Virus record (IMG/VR): IMGVR_UViG_3300025087_001783
Span: 1-57,089 of that record
DNA length: 57,089 bases
From: a virus
Taxonomy: Duplodnaviria; Caudoviricetes
Direction: 5' to 3' (one strand)
Below are positions 54,474-57,089 of the stretch, one piece after another. The notes under the pieces were generated by a model, which had not been told where the DNA came from, searched no databases, and worked only from the letters and a program-made list of their open reading frames with translations. Position numbers and translations under genes: made by a program. Position 1 is the stretch's first letter. Every line of letters starts with the position of its first letter.

Positions 54474-56759
54474 ATGGCATACAAGGTCTATGTTGCCACA
54501 GAAGATTTGGGGGTGTACTATTCATCCGATTTTGAATTGGATGGAGGACAGCCAACATGGACTGCTGTCAACGATGGTTTGCCCACTACGGATGTGCTGC
54601 AATTTGATGTTGCGCACATGCACCCATACAGGTTGACAAAGCAATTTCTCATTTTGGAAGGCACTCGCACAATATATCGCAGGCTTGGTTTTGGACTTTG
54701 GAGTCCGATACTTACGGTTGCTGAAGCACGAGCACGTGTAGGTGTGCCGGATGGGAGCTTGCATTGGGTTGCTACAGATACAGTCATCCCTGGTGTTGTG
54801 TATGCGTTGTTTTATTATGGTATCATCTTCACAGGTGCTGGAATATACGTCCTGAAATCAACAGATTGGGGAGATAGCTGGTCCGTGCTACCTGTTGTTA
54901 CACTGGTAGATTATGGATACATACATGATGTTGGTAACATGATGGCACGTAATGGGCATGTATGGGTTGGCGGTAATGCAGGTGGTTATGCTGGGGCAGG
55001 TAGGGTGTTCTACAGTGCAAATGGGGGAGAAAGTTTTGCTAATACTACCACGCTTGGGTCGTCGGACTGGTCACCGTCTGTGTATTCTCCTGCCGACGAA
55101 CCAAATGTTTGCTATGCATATGATCGCAGTGGTATTACATATGGATTTATTAAGGTGCTAGATAGCATGGCATGGAGCTATGTACGTAGTGCTGGTTTGG
55201 GTGACGCGCCTCTAGGATCTGATAGATTGTGGATAAATCCAAATACATATCTGCGACAGCGCCAACGCTTTAGTAACTCGTTGTATTATACGCATGATGG
55301 ATGGGCATCGGAGACTATCAGTACTGTAAACTACTCTAGTGTCAGAGGATTATACACTGTCCCGCAAAATAATACTCATATTGTTGTTGGTCGGATATCA
55401 TCATCGACTGATCCATCAATTGCAGTAATGCCGGAAACAGGATTATCATTATTAGGTCGTGCGGGATCTGGCTATAGTGCATCACCATATACTGACTCCA
55501 TACCAAAACCAACAGTTTCTGGTGGTGTTAGTAATTGGGGTATACAGATCGTTTCCGGATGGCAAGATCAGGAAACTGCGAGTTGTTATGTCGCTACATC
55601 TTCGTTGGAATCTGTGGCAAGGCGTTATTATGGCAGGCTGCGAGATCAAAATGGAAATGTTGTTGCCATATTTGACAATTGGTTGGCATTGGAGTATGGT
55701 CGCACGATTGATGATGTTGATTATGCTGTTATGCAATTGGATGGAAATGATACTCGCAGAGACCTGTTTGAGCTTGATGGACAGTTTGAAATTATGTGCT
55801 CTGTGCCTGGATGTGATGTTGGTTGGTACAGGGATTTTATTGGATTATTTCGCATGCCAGAGCGTGAGACATTGCCTAACAATAGCAAATATTTTGTGGC
55901 GCATTTTGTTGGGCTGAATGATTTGCTGGCACGCACAGCTATAGCTTACAAGGGTGGTACGATTCGTGCTGAAAAGAGCGACGTTGCAGAAACTGTCATG
56001 AAAGAGTATGTTGAGGAAAACTGTGGTCCTGGTGCGACTGTTGCCAATGGTAGGGAGTATGACGGTGTACTGCCGTATTTTATAGTTGATACGGATGGTG
56101 GAGAGGGTGTATTATGGCGCGGCACGCGCGAGTTTGCTAATCTATTGGATGTATTGAAAGATATTTCCAATACACGTGGTATAGACTTTGCTGTTGAATA
56201 CACAGGGTATCCGGAGTTTACGTTCAAAACCTATGTAGATCAGTTGGGGAGTGATCGCACGAAAACAGGCCTGGATCGATCAACCGGATTGAACGCATAC
56301 GGAAATGTGCCTGTGTCGTTCTCAATACCGCTTGGCAATGTGCAAAAGATGAAATACACTAAGGATCGACGCGCGGAGATTAACGTTGTGTACGTATTGG
56401 GTAAAGGGGAGCGCTCCACCAGGCAAATTGTAGTGCGCACCAACTTGGATGCCATGGTAGACAGTCCGTGGAATCGTAGAGAATCGTCTCGCAGTGGCTC
56501 ATCGCAAGACTATACATATCAGCTTAATCAGCTTGGAGATGAGATGTTGGAGCAATGCCAAGCAGTTGAGAAGCTAGAATTTGAACCGCTTCAGCAGCCA
56601 AGTTGCTTGTATGGCAAGCACTATTTTCTTGGTGATAGGGTTGTGGCTATATATGATGATATAAGCATGGTCAAACGCCTGACTGGTGTAAAGGTTGGCA
56701 TGGCAAGCAACCGTCATACAATTTCTCTGACATTCAGCGATGTTCCGAGGTTGGTATGA
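54474..56759 (+). CDS. Tail hub (siphovirus Gp37-like) protein with N-terminal beta-propeller
   Basis: N-terminal STDWGDSW/SANGGESF Asp-boxes; C-terminal NVVYVLGKGE..R and YGKHYFLGDRV. Confidence 0.65.
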   Translation: MAYKVYVATEDLGVYYSSDFELDGGQPTWTAVNDGLPTTDVLQFDVAHMHPYRLTKQFLILEGTRTIYRRLGFGLWSPILTVAEARARVGVPDGSLHWVATDTVIPGVVYALFYYGIIFTGAGIYVLKSTDWGDSWSVLPVVTLVDYGYIHDVGNMMARNGHVWVGGNAGGYAGAGRVFYSANGGESFANTTTLGSSDWSPSVYSPADEPNVCYAYDRSGITYGFIKVLDSMAWSYVRSAGLGDAPLGSDRLWINPNTYLRQRQRFSNSLYYTHDGWASETISTVNYSSVRGLYTVPQNNTHIVVGRISSSTDPSIAVMPETGLSLLGRAGSGYSASPYTDSIPKPTVSGGVSNWGIQIVSGWQDQETASCYVATSSLESVARRYYGRLRDQNGNVVAIFDNWLALEYGRTIDDVDYAVMQLDGNDTRRDLFELDGQFEIMCSVPGCDVGWYRDFIGLFRMPERETLPNNSKYFVAHFVGLNDLLARTAIAYKGGTIRAEKSDVAETVMKEYVEENCGPGATVANGREYDGVLPYFIVDTDGGEGVLWRGTREFANLLDVLKDISNTRGIDFAVEYTGYPEFTFKTYVDQLGSDRTKTGLDRSTGLNAYGNVPVSFSIPLGNVQKMKYTKDRRAEINVVYVLGKGERSTRQIVVRTNLDAMVDSPWNRRESSRSGSSQDYTYQLNQLGDEMLEQCQAVEKLEFEPLQQPSCLYGKHYFLGDRVVAIYDDISMVKRLTGVKVGMASNRHTISLTFSDVPRLV

Positions 56760-57089
56760 GTATCGCACAACTGACAAATATTATACAGGCATTGGCAGAT
56801 CGCATACGGCAGTTGGAGCGTATTGAGGTGCGAGGATATATTGGTTCTGGCACTCATACGGAATTGACTATTAGTGGCGGTGTTATTACCATTACAGCCA
56901 TTACCAGCTATCACTCTGTAGATACAGAAAGTGATGCAGCCTCGGACGATTTGGATACCATTAGCGGTGGTATAGAGGGTATGCTGCTGTTTATTTGCGC
57001 TGAGGACGATGCTCGTACGGTAGTTGTAAAGCACGGCACAGGTAATATATTGTTAAGCGGTGCTGCAGATTTCAGCTTGGACAGCTCAT
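56756..57089 (+). CDS. Minor tail/fiber protein, 3'-truncated
   Basis: MSIAQLTNIIQALADRIRQLERIE... open to the window end; N-terminal coiled coil. Confidence 0.6.
   Translation, partial: MSIAQLTNIIQALADRIRQLERIEVRGYIGSGTHTELTISGGVITITAITSYHSVDTESDAASDDLDTISGGIEGMLLFICAEDDARTVVVKHGTGNILLSGAADFSLDSS

Noticed and set aside
1-57089. CRISPR arrays, tRNA/rRNA genes, integrase, reverse transcriptase/DGR, terminase, portal
   Set aside because: No supporting repeats or motifs seen by eye; terminase and portal probably lie upstream of the window.

Overview
A 57-kb segment of a tailed dsDNA phage (siphovirus-like, Caudoviricetes) genome. All credible genes are on the + strand and both window ends cut through genes. 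Gene order: (1) a 5'-truncated MuF-like head-morphogenesis polyprotein carrying three ADP-ribosyltransferase-like domains, a 2H-phosphoesterase and an intein; (2) prohead protease/scaffold and major capsid protein; (3) a ~12.5-kb glycan cluster with about 8 glycosyltransferase domains, 5 paralogous SAM methyltransferases, RmlC, RmlD and a free-standing GIY-YIG endonuclease; (4) head-completion and holin-like genes; (5) a replication/recombination block (UvsW-like and DnaB-like helicases, primase, dcd, UvrD-like helicase, UDG-PolA fusion, UvsY, gp32-like SSB, SbcD, RecA, 5'-3' exonuclease, RuvC, two sigma-like factors) with an embedded DNA base-hypermodification cluster; (6) tail genes. The most notable observations are: a 21-aa Gly-rich tag (KGGxGSGNxGHxGRPGKxGGS) found 4 times in front of unrelated domains, a candidate capsid cargo-loading and protease-release system; a promoter-proximal RNA hairpin whose loop is complementary to an extended ribosome-binding site shared by four genes of one (probably early) operon; a large candidate virion glycosylation/O-methylation pathway; and a PolA with Trp at the motif-B '762' position. 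All calls come from reading motifs by eye; no database searches were run and the host cannot be determined from this window.
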